A stretch of 64,000 nt of DNA from Candidatus Aminicenantes bacterium. Lineage in GTDB: Bacteria; Acidobacteriota; Aminicenantia; Aminicenantales; UBA4085. Made by a program: the position numbers and the translations under genes. The first letter of the stretch is position 1, and the number at the start of each line of letters is the position of its first letter. The stretch covers positions 12,675-76,674 of the forward strand of contig CAWKFB010000017.1 of the NCBI GenBank assembly GCA_963848835.1. The letters run 5' to 3'. A model generated the notes under the pieces. The model did no database searches and was not told the origin of the DNA. It saw only the letters and a list, made by a program, of their open reading frames with translations. Below, piece by piece: positions 26,224-34,274 of the stretch.

Positions 26224-27642
26224 ATGAGTCGAGCCGATGAGATCATGGACCGGGCCGCCAAAGCCGCAGCCTCGTTCCGCAACCTGACCCAGAAGGACAC
26301 GGACGCCGTCGTCCGGGCGGTCTATCTCGCCGCCATGGCCGAGCGCGTCCGGCTCGCCCGGATCGCCCACGAGGAGACCGGGATCGGCCTCTGGCGCGAC
26401 AAGGCGATCAAGAATTTCATCGCCGCCCAGCTCGTCTACGACGACATCCGCGGCCTGCGCACGGTCGGGGTCGTTTCCGAGGACCCCAAGCTCGGGCTGC
26501 TCGAGATCGCCCAGCCGATCGGCCCCGTCCTGGGATTCATCCCCTTCACCAACCCGACCGCGACGACGATCTTCAAGGCCCTGATCGCGATGAAGACGCG
26601 CAATCCCCTCGTCCTGAGCCCGCATCCGGCCTGCCGGCGCTCGGTCTCCGCCGCGGCCTCGGTCCTCTGCCGGGCCGCCCGGGCCGCCGGCGCCCCGGAC
26701 GGATGCATCCAGTGGGTCGAAAAGCCGGCCCCCAAGCTTTCCGAAACGCTCATGACCGATCCCCGCCTCGCCCTCATCCTGGCCACGGGGACGAACGGCC
26801 TGGTCCGCAAGGCCTTCGCTTCGGGGACACCCGTCCTGGGCGTCGGACCGGGCAACGTCCCCGTCTACATCGGGGCTTCGGCCGATATCCCATTCGCCGT
26901 CGAAAGCATCATCGAGTCCAAGACCTTCGACCTGGGCACGGTCTGCGCCAGCGAACAGGCCATCGTCGTCAAGCGGGCCGTGGCCCGGAGCGTCGTCGAG
27001 GAGTTCGAGTCCCAAGGGGGCTATTTTCTCTCCCCGGCCGAGGTCGAGAAGCTCGGCCGGATCGCCTACGACCGTTCCCGGGAATCCATGGCCCCGATGG
27101 TCGTGGGACAGCCGGCGGCCCGCATCGCCGCCTCGGCCGGCTTCGCCGTCCCCCCGGGAACCCGGCTCCTCCTCGCCCGGCTGGACGGCGTCGGGCCCGA
27201 CTTTCCGCTCTCCGCGGAGATCCTCGCCCCGATCCTTGCTTTTTATGTCGCCGACGACTTCGACGAGGCCATCCGGCGCTGTTCCGAGATCATCCATTAC
27301 GGCGGCGTCGGGCACACGGCCGTCATCTATTCCAACCGTCCGGAGCGGATCGAATATTTTTCCCGGACTCTCGACGCGGGCCGCATCCTGGTCAACACGC
27401 CCTCGACCCAGGGCGCCCTGGGGGGGATCTACAACACGCTCAGCCCGTCGTTCACCCTGGCGTGCGGGAGCGGCGGCCGGAACATCACCACGGACAACAT
27501 CAGCGCCCGGCACCTTCTGAACATCCACCGCATCGCCCGGCGGCGGCCGAACGCCCTGTGGACGGCCCTCGATCCCGTCCTCGTCCTCGACGCGGACGTG
27601 GACGCGGAGCGGCTCGAGGCCGCTTACCACAGGAACTCTTAG
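26224..27642 (+). CDS. CoA-acylating aldehyde dehydrogenase (AdhE N-terminal/EutE-like)
   Basis: 472 aa. Motifs are ..ARIAHEETGIGLWRDKAIKN.., ..PIGPVLGFIPFTNPTATTIFKALIAMKTRNPLVLSPHP.. and the catalytic Cys context FDLGTVCASEQAIVV. Confidence 0.8.
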   Translation: MSRADEIMDRAAKAAASFRNLTQKDTDAVVRAVYLAAMAERVRLARIAHEETGIGLWRDKAIKNFIAAQLVYDDIRGLRTVGVVSEDPKLGLLEIAQPIGPVLGFIPFTNPTATTIFKALIAMKTRNPLVLSPHPACRRSVSAAASVLCRAARAAGAPDGCIQWVEKPAPKLSETLMTDPRLALILATGTNGLVRKAFASGTPVLGVGPGNVPVYIGASADIPFAVESIIESKTFDLGTVCASEQAIVVKRAVARSVVEEFESQGGYFLSPAEVEKLGRIAYDRSRESMAPMVVGQPAARIAASAGFAVPPGTRLLLARLDGVGPDFPLSAEILAPILAFYVADDFDEAIRRCSEIIHYGGVGHTAVIYSNRPERIEYFSRTLDAGRILVNTPSTQGALGGIYNTLSPSFTLACGSGGRNITTDNISARHLLNIHRIARRRPNALWTALDPVLVLDADVDAERLEAAYHRNS

Positions 27643-27770
27643 CGGGCGGAAGCCCCTCTCCCCGTCCAGGGACGAGCGCCGCGCCCCGAGACGTAACGCC
27701 CCGGGACCGCCAAGGAAACGGAGCCGCCGGTGTCTAACTATGGTAGGATATTGTCCCTAAGGAGACGCGC

Positions 27771-28523
27771 ATGTCCAAGAATAAGAGCTTCCCCGGGACG
27801 GCGGTCATCGCCGCCGTCCTTTTCGGCATCATCCTCGGAGCGCCGGGCCTGGCGGCTCAGGAGCGCCGGAGCGGTCGGGCCATGTCCCGCTTCTCCCTCG
27901 CCGCATCCGGGGGGATGGGCCGGACCGAGGATCATCAAGGCCTGGCCGACCTGAAGCTGGGAATCCAGTACAGGGTCGCGGCCTCCCTCCGCGTGGGACT
28001 CGGGATCGGCTACCTCAAGTCAGAAAACCACGACCGGATGCACGGAGATGACCGTTATTGGATGCAGTCAGGCAAGAACGGCATGTCTGGATGGAGCGAC
28101 GGGCAGACGGCCGCGGGACGGGATTTCAGCGTCCAGGCCGCGACCCTCGACCTCGTCTACGCCCTCCCGCTCGGGAGAAAGTGGGACCTTACCATCGGAG
28201 GCGGCGCGGGCCGCTATTTCGGGGAGTTTCCGGGACCGGCCGGGGAAGTCCACCGGAGAAGCTGGGGAGGCCAGGCCGGCCTGGGCGCCGAGGTCCATTT
28301 CTCGGCCCGGCTGAGCGCCTTCGCCGAGGCGGTCTATCGCTTCCTGGAATTCCACGACATTCCGACCCCGGCGCCGCTCGTCCCCCTGGCCCAGGTCGAT
28401 GAGAAGATCCGTCCGATCGTGGATTGGATCAATCAGGGCCTGGCGATATGGATCGCCCCGCGGCCCGTGGATGTCCGCCTGAACGGACCCGTCCTGCGCC
28501 TGGGACTCCGCTTCGGGCTCTGA
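27771..28523 (+). CDS. Outer-membrane beta-barrel-like hypothetical protein
   Basis: RBS TAAGGAG is present. The signal peptide is MSKNKSFPGTAVIAAVLFGIILGAPGLAAQE. Alternating beta-strand patterns end in LRLGLRFGL. Confidence 0.5.
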   Translation: MSKNKSFPGTAVIAAVLFGIILGAPGLAAQERRSGRAMSRFSLAASGGMGRTEDHQGLADLKLGIQYRVAASLRVGLGIGYLKSENHDRMHGDDRYWMQSGKNGMSGWSDGQTAAGRDFSVQAATLDLVYALPLGRKWDLTIGGGAGRYFGEFPGPAGEVHRRSWGGQAGLGAEVHFSARLSAFAEAVYRFLEFHDIPTPAPLVPLAQVDEKIRPIVDWINQGLAIWIAPRPVDVRLNGPVLRLGLRFGL

Positions 28524-28526
28524 ATC

Positions 28527-29390
28527 TTAAAGATCGATCTTGATTCCGGCCGTGAAGGTGAAGCCGGAGAGGTTGAATTCGGCTTTCCGGACGTTGCTCG
28601 CCCCGCCACCCGTGGGCCCGTTCCCGTCGAAGAAGCCGACGACCGGATAGGTTCCCTTGGACCCGGCGAGCTCATAGTACCAGAGATAGTACGTCGAGCT
28701 CGTTCCGTCCGTCGTCCCGGTCGAGGACGTCCCGAAATAGGTCCAGTTCCCCACGAAATTGTAGGCCTTCTCGTAGCGGTAGAGGCCGTCGGCGACGAGG
28801 GAGATCCCCGGGCCGAGGGACAAGCTGAGGCTGAGGCCGGCCTGCAGTCCCACGGTCGGGACCGAGGCCTTGAAGGCTTCGACCTCGGTCAAGGGATCGG
28901 CCGTGCTCGCCGCGTTCCGTTCGCTCGAGAACTGGGCGATCTGGAAGACCGGGCCGCCGAAGACGTCCAGGCCGAATTTTTTCCCCAGGCTCATCTTGTA
29001 ATGGGCGTTCAGGAAGAACGGGATGGCCGAGAGCTGGGGCATGAGCGTCGTATCGACCGTGACCGCGCCCCCGGCGGCGGCGGAAACGGCCGTGACCATG
29101 TCGCTCTTGCCGATCTGGTAATAGCCCCCGCCGAAGCCGACCGCCAGGCGTTTTCCCCAATGGGTGATGATCTCGGCCTGAAAATTGCTCCCGTTCGTGA
29201 GCGCCCGGTACTCCCCGCTGACGCTCGTGGACACGTCGCGAAGGTAGCCAATCCGTCCGGCGGCGGCCGTCTTGTAATCGTCGCCCTGGACCGTGGTCCA
29301 GCCCCCCGTGAGCTTGAAGGAGATCTGCTGGCAGAAGGCCGGCGCGGACAGGACCGCGAGCGCGATGGCGGCGGAGAGCGTTCTTTTCAT
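28527..29390 (-). CDS. Outer-membrane beta-barrel protein (OmpA-N/OmpW-like fold, hypothetical)
   Basis: Start placed at MKRTLSAAIALAVLSAPAFCQQ (ATG 29390, 6 nt after GAGAGG). The upstream MKNK.. codons fall inside the predicted promoter. Beta-strand periodicity ends in FTFTAGIKIDL. Confidence 0.6.
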   Translation of the reverse strand: MKRTLSAAIALAVLSAPAFCQQISFKLTGGWTTVQGDDYKTAAAGRIGYLRDVSTSVSGEYRALTNGSNFQAEIITHWGKRLAVGFGGGYYQIGKSDMVTAVSAAAGGAVTVDTTLMPQLSAIPFFLNAHYKMSLGKKFGLDVFGGPVFQIAQFSSERNAASTADPLTEVEAFKASVPTVGLQAGLSLSLSLGPGISLVADGLYRYEKAYNFVGNWTYFGTSSTGTTDGTSSTYYLWYYELAGSKGTYPVVGFFDGNGPTGGGASNVRKAEFNLSGFTFTAGIKIDL

Positions 29391-29451
29391 GTTCATCCTC
29401 TCGGGGGATGTTTTATTCTTCACGACCCCCCGGTTATGTCAAGGGCGCTTC

Positions 29452-29585
29452 GGGTTGCCCCACGCTCACGGGGAACCCGAGCGGGTTCCCCCCGCGAAAC
29501 GCGGGTCCTCCCTCCCATGTTCGCTTAGGGGCAATCCCTCCGCTCAGCGAGTTTTTCAGAAATGCCAAACGCTCACGGTGCACCC
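29452..29585 (+). repeat. Family-B structured intergenic element, copy B3 (core 29452-29538, half unit 29559-29585)
   Basis: Sequence is gggTTGCCCCacgctcacgGGGAACCCgagcGGGTTCCccCCGCGaaaCGCGGgtcctccctcccatgttcgcttaGGGGCAAtcc, then ..gaaatgccaaacgctcacggtgcacc. It has the same stems and conserved single-stranded blocks as the other copies. Confidence 0.75.
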
Positions 29586-29617
29586 ATCCCGCAAGTACCC
29601 TTCGGAGCCGACGGCAC

Positions 29618-31867
29618 TTAAGCTCGGCGCGGCCGGCTGGCCCGCTTGGAATACCAGACCGAGACGACGACCGCGGTCAGGGCCGCGGCGATGAAGAGGG
29701 CCGTCCCGATCGAGATCCGCTTGAAATGGACGAGGAGCGGCGCGCTCAGGACCGAGACCAGGTTGATGACCTTGATCATCGGGTTGAGGGCGGGCCCGGC
29801 CGTGTCCTTGAGGGGATCGCCGACCGTATCGCCGACGATCGCGGCTTTGTGCTGGGCCGAGCCGCGGCCGCCGTAATGGCCGTCCTCGATGAGCTTCTTG
29901 GCGTTGTCCCAGGCCCCGCCCGAGTTGGCCATGAACACGGCCAGGAGCTGCCCGGACAGGATGACCCCGCCGAGAAACCCTCCCAGGGCCTCGACCCGCA
30001 GCGTCAACCCGACGATGAGCGGGATCATGACGGCGATGACGGCCAGCCCGACGAGCTCCTTCTGGGCGGCGACGGTGCAGATCCCGACGGCCTGGCCGTA
30101 ATCGGGCTTGACCGTGCCTTCCATAACCCCGGGGATCTTGAACTGGCGCCGGACCTCGACCACGATGAGCGAGGCCGCCCGTGAGACGGCGTTGATGGCC
30201 AGCGAGGAGAAGAGCCAGGGGATGGCCCCGCCGATGAGGAGGCCGATCAGGACGAACGGCTCGGAGATGCGGATCCCCGTCTGGAAGAGCTGGGCGGACG
30301 CGGCCACGCCTTCCTGGACCTGGACCTTGGTCACGTCCGTGATGAAGGAGCCGAAGAGGGACACGGCGGCGATGACCGCCGAGCCGATGGCCACGCCTTT
30401 GGTGATGGCCTTGGTCGTATTCCCCACGGCGTCCAGGTCGGCCATCCGCTCCCGGGCGTCGTCGGGCAGTCCGGCCATCTCGCCGATGCCGTTGGCGTTG
30501 TCCGCGATCGGGCCGAAGGAGTCCATGGCCACGTTGTTGCCCGTGAGGGTGAGCATCCCGATGCCGGTCATGGCCACGCCGTAAAGGACGAAGGCGATGG
30601 GCTGTCCCCAATAGATGAGGACGGAGGAGAGGATGGTCGCGGCGAGCACGAGGAGCGTCCAGACCGCCGACTCCATCCCCACGGACAGGCCGGAGAGGAT
30701 GAGGGTCGCCGCGCCCGTCCGGGACGACCGGGCGATCGATTTGACCGGCGTGTATTTCGTGTGGGTGAAATATTTGGTCAGCTCGTCGATCGCGACGGCG
30801 AGGAGAATGCCGACCGCGACCGAAAGGAAGGCGCGCCACTCGTGCATGTAGAAACCGGCCAGGACGGCGAAGGCGGCCAGGCAGATCGCGGCCGAGGAAT
30901 AGAATCCCTTGTTGATGGCTTTCATCGCGTCGCCCGGGGCGCCCTTTTTCCCCTTGACGAGATAGGTCCCGATGATCGAGGAGAAGACGCCGATCCCCCG
31001 GACGAGGAGGGGGAAGATGAGCCATTTGACCTGGCCGGTGATGGCGACGAGGGCCAGGCTGAGGATCAGCCCGGAGACGATCGTCACCTCATAGCTCTCG
31101 AAGATGTCGGCGGCCATCCCGGCGCAGTCGCCGACGTTGTCGCCGACGAGGTCGGCGATGACCGCGGCGTTCCTCGGATCGTCCTCGGGGATGCTGGCCT
31201 CCACCTTGCCGACGAGGTCGGCCCCGACGTCGGCGGCCTTGGTGTAGATCCCGCCGCCGACCCGCATGAACAGGGCGAGGAGGGTCCCGCCGAAGCCGAA
31301 CCCGAGCAGGGCGTCGGGCGCGGCTTTCTGAAAGACGAGGAAGATGATCGTTCCGCCGAAGAGCCCCAACCCGTCGGTCAGCATGCCGGTGATCGTCCCG
31401 GCCCGGTAGGCGATCTGCATGGCCTTGTCGTAGCTCGTCCGGGCGGCGGCGGCGACCCGGACGTTGGCCTGAACCGCGATGCGCATCCCGAACTGGCCGA
31501 CCAGGAGGGAGAACATGGCGCCGAGGATGAACGCGATGGCCCGGCCGAAGCCGATGATGAGCTTGATGTTCGCTTCGGACGTCCCCGGGAAGCGCTCCAG
31601 GGCTTCCGCGGAAGGCGGGACGACGGCCACGCTGAAGAACAGGGCGACCGTCAGGACGGCGATGATGGGAAGGATCGTCCGGAGCTGCCGGGTCAGGTAG
31701 GCGTTCGCCCCCTGCCGGATGGCTTCCCAGACCTCGATCATCCGGGGCGTGCCCTTGTCTTCGCGGAGAACATTCCGCCGCAGAAAGAGGGCATAGGCCA
31801 GGCCCAGGAGGGCGATGCCCAAGACGGCCCACAAGGCGGTGGATTCGAAAGTCGTCGTTTGGATCAT
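29618..31867 (-). CDS. hppA: Membrane-bound H+/Na+-translocating pyrophosphatase
   Basis: 749 aa, polytopic. Hallmark blocks are GGGIYTKAADVGADLVGKVE, DPRNAAVIADLVGDNVGDCAGMAADIFESY, GGAWDNAKK and VGDTVGDPLKDTAGPALN. Confidence 0.95.
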   Translation of the reverse strand: MIQTTTFESTALWAVLGIALLGLAYALFLRRNVLREDKGTPRMIEVWEAIRQGANAYLTRQLRTILPIIAVLTVALFFSVAVVPPSAEALERFPGTSEANIKLIIGFGRAIAFILGAMFSLLVGQFGMRIAVQANVRVAAAARTSYDKAMQIAYRAGTITGMLTDGLGLFGGTIIFLVFQKAAPDALLGFGFGGTLLALFMRVGGGIYTKAADVGADLVGKVEASIPEDDPRNAAVIADLVGDNVGDCAGMAADIFESYEVTIVSGLILSLALVAITGQVKWLIFPLLVRGIGVFSSIIGTYLVKGKKGAPGDAMKAINKGFYSSAAICLAAFAVLAGFYMHEWRAFLSVAVGILLAVAIDELTKYFTHTKYTPVKSIARSSRTGAATLILSGLSVGMESAVWTLLVLAATILSSVLIYWGQPIAFVLYGVAMTGIGMLTLTGNNVAMDSFGPIADNANGIGEMAGLPDDARERMADLDAVGNTTKAITKGVAIGSAVIAAVSLFGSFITDVTKVQVQEGVAASAQLFQTGIRISEPFVLIGLLIGGAIPWLFSSLAINAVSRAASLIVVEVRRQFKIPGVMEGTVKPDYGQAVGICTVAAQKELVGLAVIAVMIPLIVGLTLRVEALGGFLGGVILSGQLLAVFMANSGGAWDNAKKLIEDGHYGGRGSAQHKAAIVGDTVGDPLKDTAGPALNPMIKVINLVSVLSAPLLVHFKRISIGTALFIAAALTAVVVSVWYSKRASRPRRA

Positions 31868-31888
31868 GACTCGCGCTTCCTTTGCCGG

Positions 31889-32719
31889 TCAGTCGACGTG
31901 GAGGTCCCAAGACCGCGGGATCGCGGCCGGGAATTGCCACAGGGACAAGCCGTTGCGGTCGCCGGCGAAGAGCCCGCCCCGGACGCCGCCGCGGTAGCCG
32001 ATCCAGTTGCGGAAGGGGATCTCGTCGAGGAACTCCCCGACGGCGATGACCTTCGTCTTCTTGGAAGGCTTCTTCTCCAGCTCCTCCCGGGCCTCCTCGT
32101 AGCGGCTGACGGCGACGACCTCGGGGTGCTCCTCGCCGAGCTCGGCAAAGAGGACCTGACGGAAGATCTTGCCCGGCCGGTGGGTCGCGTACCAGCCGTA
32201 TTCCTCGGCGGTCAGGTTGGTCATGACGAGGAACGGCACGGGCTCGATGACCAGGAAGGTGCGCGCGTTGCGGCTCCCCGAATAGGGGCGGCCGATGGCG
32301 CCGGCGACCTGCTCCGTGGTCAGGCCCTCGTGGCAGACATGGTTGGTGTAAGTGATGATGGAAACCGGGGCCGACATCTCCAGGAGCTCTCCGGCCGTCT
32401 TGCACAGGAAGAGGCGCTTGAACGCCGAGAGCGGAGTGACGCTGAACCCGTAGTTGGACAGGGCGGTCTTGGTCCGCTTGCCGGCCCGGACCGCGGCGAT
32501 GGCGGCGATCGTGTCGCCCCCCGCGTCCCGCCAGCCGCCCTCGTCCAGGTATTTGAAGGCCGGCCGGTCGCCCTCGAGGGCCAGGTCGACCATGATCGTC
32601 TTCCCGTGGAAGAATTTCCCGGAGCCGGGGCTCCGGTGCTTGGCATAGCCCTGGAGGCCGAGCCCGGTGGCGACGATCAGGCCATAGGGGACGGTCAAAA
32701 TCAAATTCGGATCGCTCAT
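31889..32719 (-). CDS. Conserved-looking cytoplasmic hypothetical protein (276 aa)
   Basis: Start placed at MSDPNLILTVPYG (ATG 32719, strong RBS GAGAGGAG). It has clean, non-low-complexity composition. It lies 22 nt upstream of hppA on the same strand. I recognised no family. Confidence 0.6.
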   Translation of the reverse strand: MSDPNLILTVPYGLIVATGLGLQGYAKHRSPGSGKFFHGKTIMVDLALEGDRPAFKYLDEGGWRDAGGDTIAAIAAVRAGKRTKTALSNYGFSVTPLSAFKRLFLCKTAGELLEMSAPVSIITYTNHVCHEGLTTEQVAGAIGRPYSGSRNARTFLVIEPVPFLVMTNLTAEEYGWYATHRPGKIFRQVLFAELGEEHPEVVAVSRYEEAREELEKKPSKKTKVIAVGEFLDEIPFRNWIGYRGGVRGGLFAGDRNGLSLWQFPAAIPRSWDLHVD

Positions 32720-32771
32720 ATCAACTCCTCTCTGCCTTGGGGAGCCCGCGAAGCGGGCGAAAAGCCCTAAC

Positions 32772-32800
32772 AGGGTACCTTCCGGCCGCGGCTCTGTCAA
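32772..32800 (-). promoter_or_regulatory. Candidate promoter for 31889..32719 (TTGACA-17-TACCCT)
   Basis: The minus strand reads TTGACAgagccgcggccggaaggTACCCT. The leader contains the hairpin GCCCGCttcGCGGGC and an RBS. Confidence 0.4.
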
Positions 32801-32810
32801 GGTTCGCTCC

Positions 32811-32943
32811 GTGATTGCCCAACGCTCACGTTGGAACCCTTCTGGTTCCCCCCCGAATTAGGCGGGGCCCCCCCTCCTGATGTTCGCTTTTGGGCAATCA
32901 CTTCGCTCGGGAGTTTCTCGGAATCGCCCTTCGCTCAAGGGAA
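32811..32943 (+). repeat. Family-B structured intergenic element, copy B1 (core 32811-32901, half unit 32921-32943)
   Basis: Sequence is GTGATTGCCCAAcgctcacgttGGAACCcttctGGTTCCcccCCCCGaattaggCGGGGccccccctcctgatgttcgcttTTGGGCAATCAC. The outer stem is a perfect 12 bp. The tail is gaatcgcccttcgctcaagggaa. It is flanked by two divergent promoters. Confidence 0.8.
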
Positions 32944-32957
32944 CTGTTGCTGGAAAA

Positions 32958-32988
32958 TTGACAAGGCCCGGCCCTCCGGGGCTATAAT
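32958..32988 (+). promoter_or_regulatory. Near-consensus sigma70 promoter for 33024.. (TTGACA-19-TATAAT)
   Basis: Sequence is TTGACAaggcccggccctccggggcTATAAT. The spacer is long at 19 nt. A ~35-nt leader with GGAGA precedes ATG 33024. Confidence 0.5.
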
Positions 32989-33023
32989 GTCGTTTCTTGA
33001 ATCAGATCCGGAGATAGCCAACC

Positions 33024-34253
33024 ATGCTCCACCTCTTCCGTATCCTGAGGATCTCGATGCGGGCCCTCACCCGGAACAAGATGCGGACGTTCCTGACCGC
33101 CCTGGGCATCATCATCGGCATCGCCTCCGTCATCGCCATGGTCAGCATCGGCTCGGGGGCCAAGAGCGCCATCAAGGACCGCTTCGACGCCATGGGCTCG
33201 AACCTCATCTTCGTCCGGCCGGGAAGCGCCCGCATGCAAGGCGTCCGGACGGGCTTCGGCGGCCGAAGCTCGCTCAAAATCGGAGACGTGGGGGCGATCG
33301 AGAGGGAATGTCCCTCGGTCAAGGCGGTTTCGCCGAACATCAACGCCCAAGCCCAGCTCATCTACATGAACAAGAACTGGCGGACCCAGATCCAGGGCGT
33401 CAGCGACAAATACCCCGAAATCCGGAAGTGGGAGATGGAGCAGGGCTCGTTCTTCAACGAGGAGCAGCTCCTCGGCGGGGAGAAGGTCGTCGTCCTGGGG
33501 ACCCAGGTCAAGCAATACCTCTTCGAGGATGACGACCCGATCGGCAAGGTCATCCGCCTCCGCCGCGTCCCCTTCACGGTCATCGGCGTGCTCAAGTCCA
33601 AGGGCCAGGCCGGAGGCATGGGCAGCCGCGACGACCTCGTCTGCGTTCCCTTCACCACCGCCAGCCGGCGGCTGATGCGCCAGACCTTCATCCAATCCAT
33701 CGACATCCAGGCCGTTTCGGCCGAGGCCATTCCCGCGGCCCAGAATGAGATCATCGAGCTCCTCCGCGACCGCCACAAGATCCTGGAGGGCCAGCCCGAC
33801 GACTTCCAAGTCCAGAACATGGCCGAGATCGCGGAAAGCCGCGAGAACGCCATCGGGACGATGACCCTCCTCCTCGGCAGCATCGCCGCCATCTCGCTCC
33901 TCGTCGGCGGGATCGGGATCATGAACATCATGCTCGTTTCGGTGACCGAGCGCATCCGCGAGATCGGCATCCGGATGTCGATCGGGGCCCGGGAGAAGGA
34001 TATCCTGATGCAATTCCTGGCCGAGGCGATCGTCCTGAGCCTGACGGGGGGGGTCCTCGGCATCATCCTCGGCGTGGGATTGTCCAAGCTCCTCAAATAT
34101 ATCCCGATTTTCTCCCGATTCCCGGCCATCGTTTCTCCGGGATCGGTCATCATGGCCGTCGCCTTTTCGGCATCGGTCGGGATCTTCTTCGGGTTCTATC
34201 CGGCCCGCAAGGCCTCCAAGCTCGATCCGATCGACGCCCTGCGCTACGAGTGA
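33024..34253 (+). CDS. MacB/FtsX-type ABC transporter permease (permease only)
   Basis: 409 aa. The N-terminus is LRISMRALTRNKMRTFLTALGIIIGIASVIAMVSIG. A periplasmic MacB_PCD-like region follows, then the FtsX block ..GGIGIMNIMLVSVTERIREIGIRMSIGAREKDILMQFLAEA. Confidence 0.9.
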   Translation: MLHLFRILRISMRALTRNKMRTFLTALGIIIGIASVIAMVSIGSGAKSAIKDRFDAMGSNLIFVRPGSARMQGVRTGFGGRSSLKIGDVGAIERECPSVKAVSPNINAQAQLIYMNKNWRTQIQGVSDKYPEIRKWEMEQGSFFNEEQLLGGEKVVVLGTQVKQYLFEDDDPIGKVIRLRRVPFTVIGVLKSKGQAGGMGSRDDLVCVPFTTASRRLMRQTFIQSIDIQAVSAEAIPAAQNEIIELLRDRHKILEGQPDDFQVQNMAEIAESRENAIGTMTLLLGSIAAISLLVGGIGIMNIMLVSVTERIREIGIRMSIGAREKDILMQFLAEAIVLSLTGGVLGIILGVGLSKLLKYIPIFSRFPAIVSPGSVIMAVAFSASVGIFFGFYPARKASKLDPIDALRYE

Positions 34254-34274
34254 CGGCCGGGACCGAAGCCGCGC

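Noticed and set aside
29391-29423. Upstream start MKNKTSPERMN.. for the OMP gene 28527...
   Set aside because: Those codons overlap the predicted promoter (TTGACA-17-AGAATA) and the RBS. The signal peptide begins at MKRTL (ATG 29390).
32811-32943. Family-B elements considered as integron attC sites or as a miniature CRISPR array.
   Set aside because: The 5' arm of some copies fits RYYYAAC (GCCCAAC, GTCCAAC). However, the 3' arm does not give GTTRRRY, there is no integrase, and the flanking genes have their own promoters and mixed orientation. Each locus has only 1.5 units with no spacer-repeat periodicity, and there are no cas genes.
32831-33532. ORFs 32831..33532 and 38256..38585, which share the identical N-terminus MEPFWFPPELGGAPPPDVR, considered as a possible duplicated gene.
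   Set aside because: The shared part is simply the translation of family-B repeat copies B1 and B2. The sequences diverge completely where the repeat ends. There is no RBS, and the first ORF runs antisense through the MacB-type permease gene.
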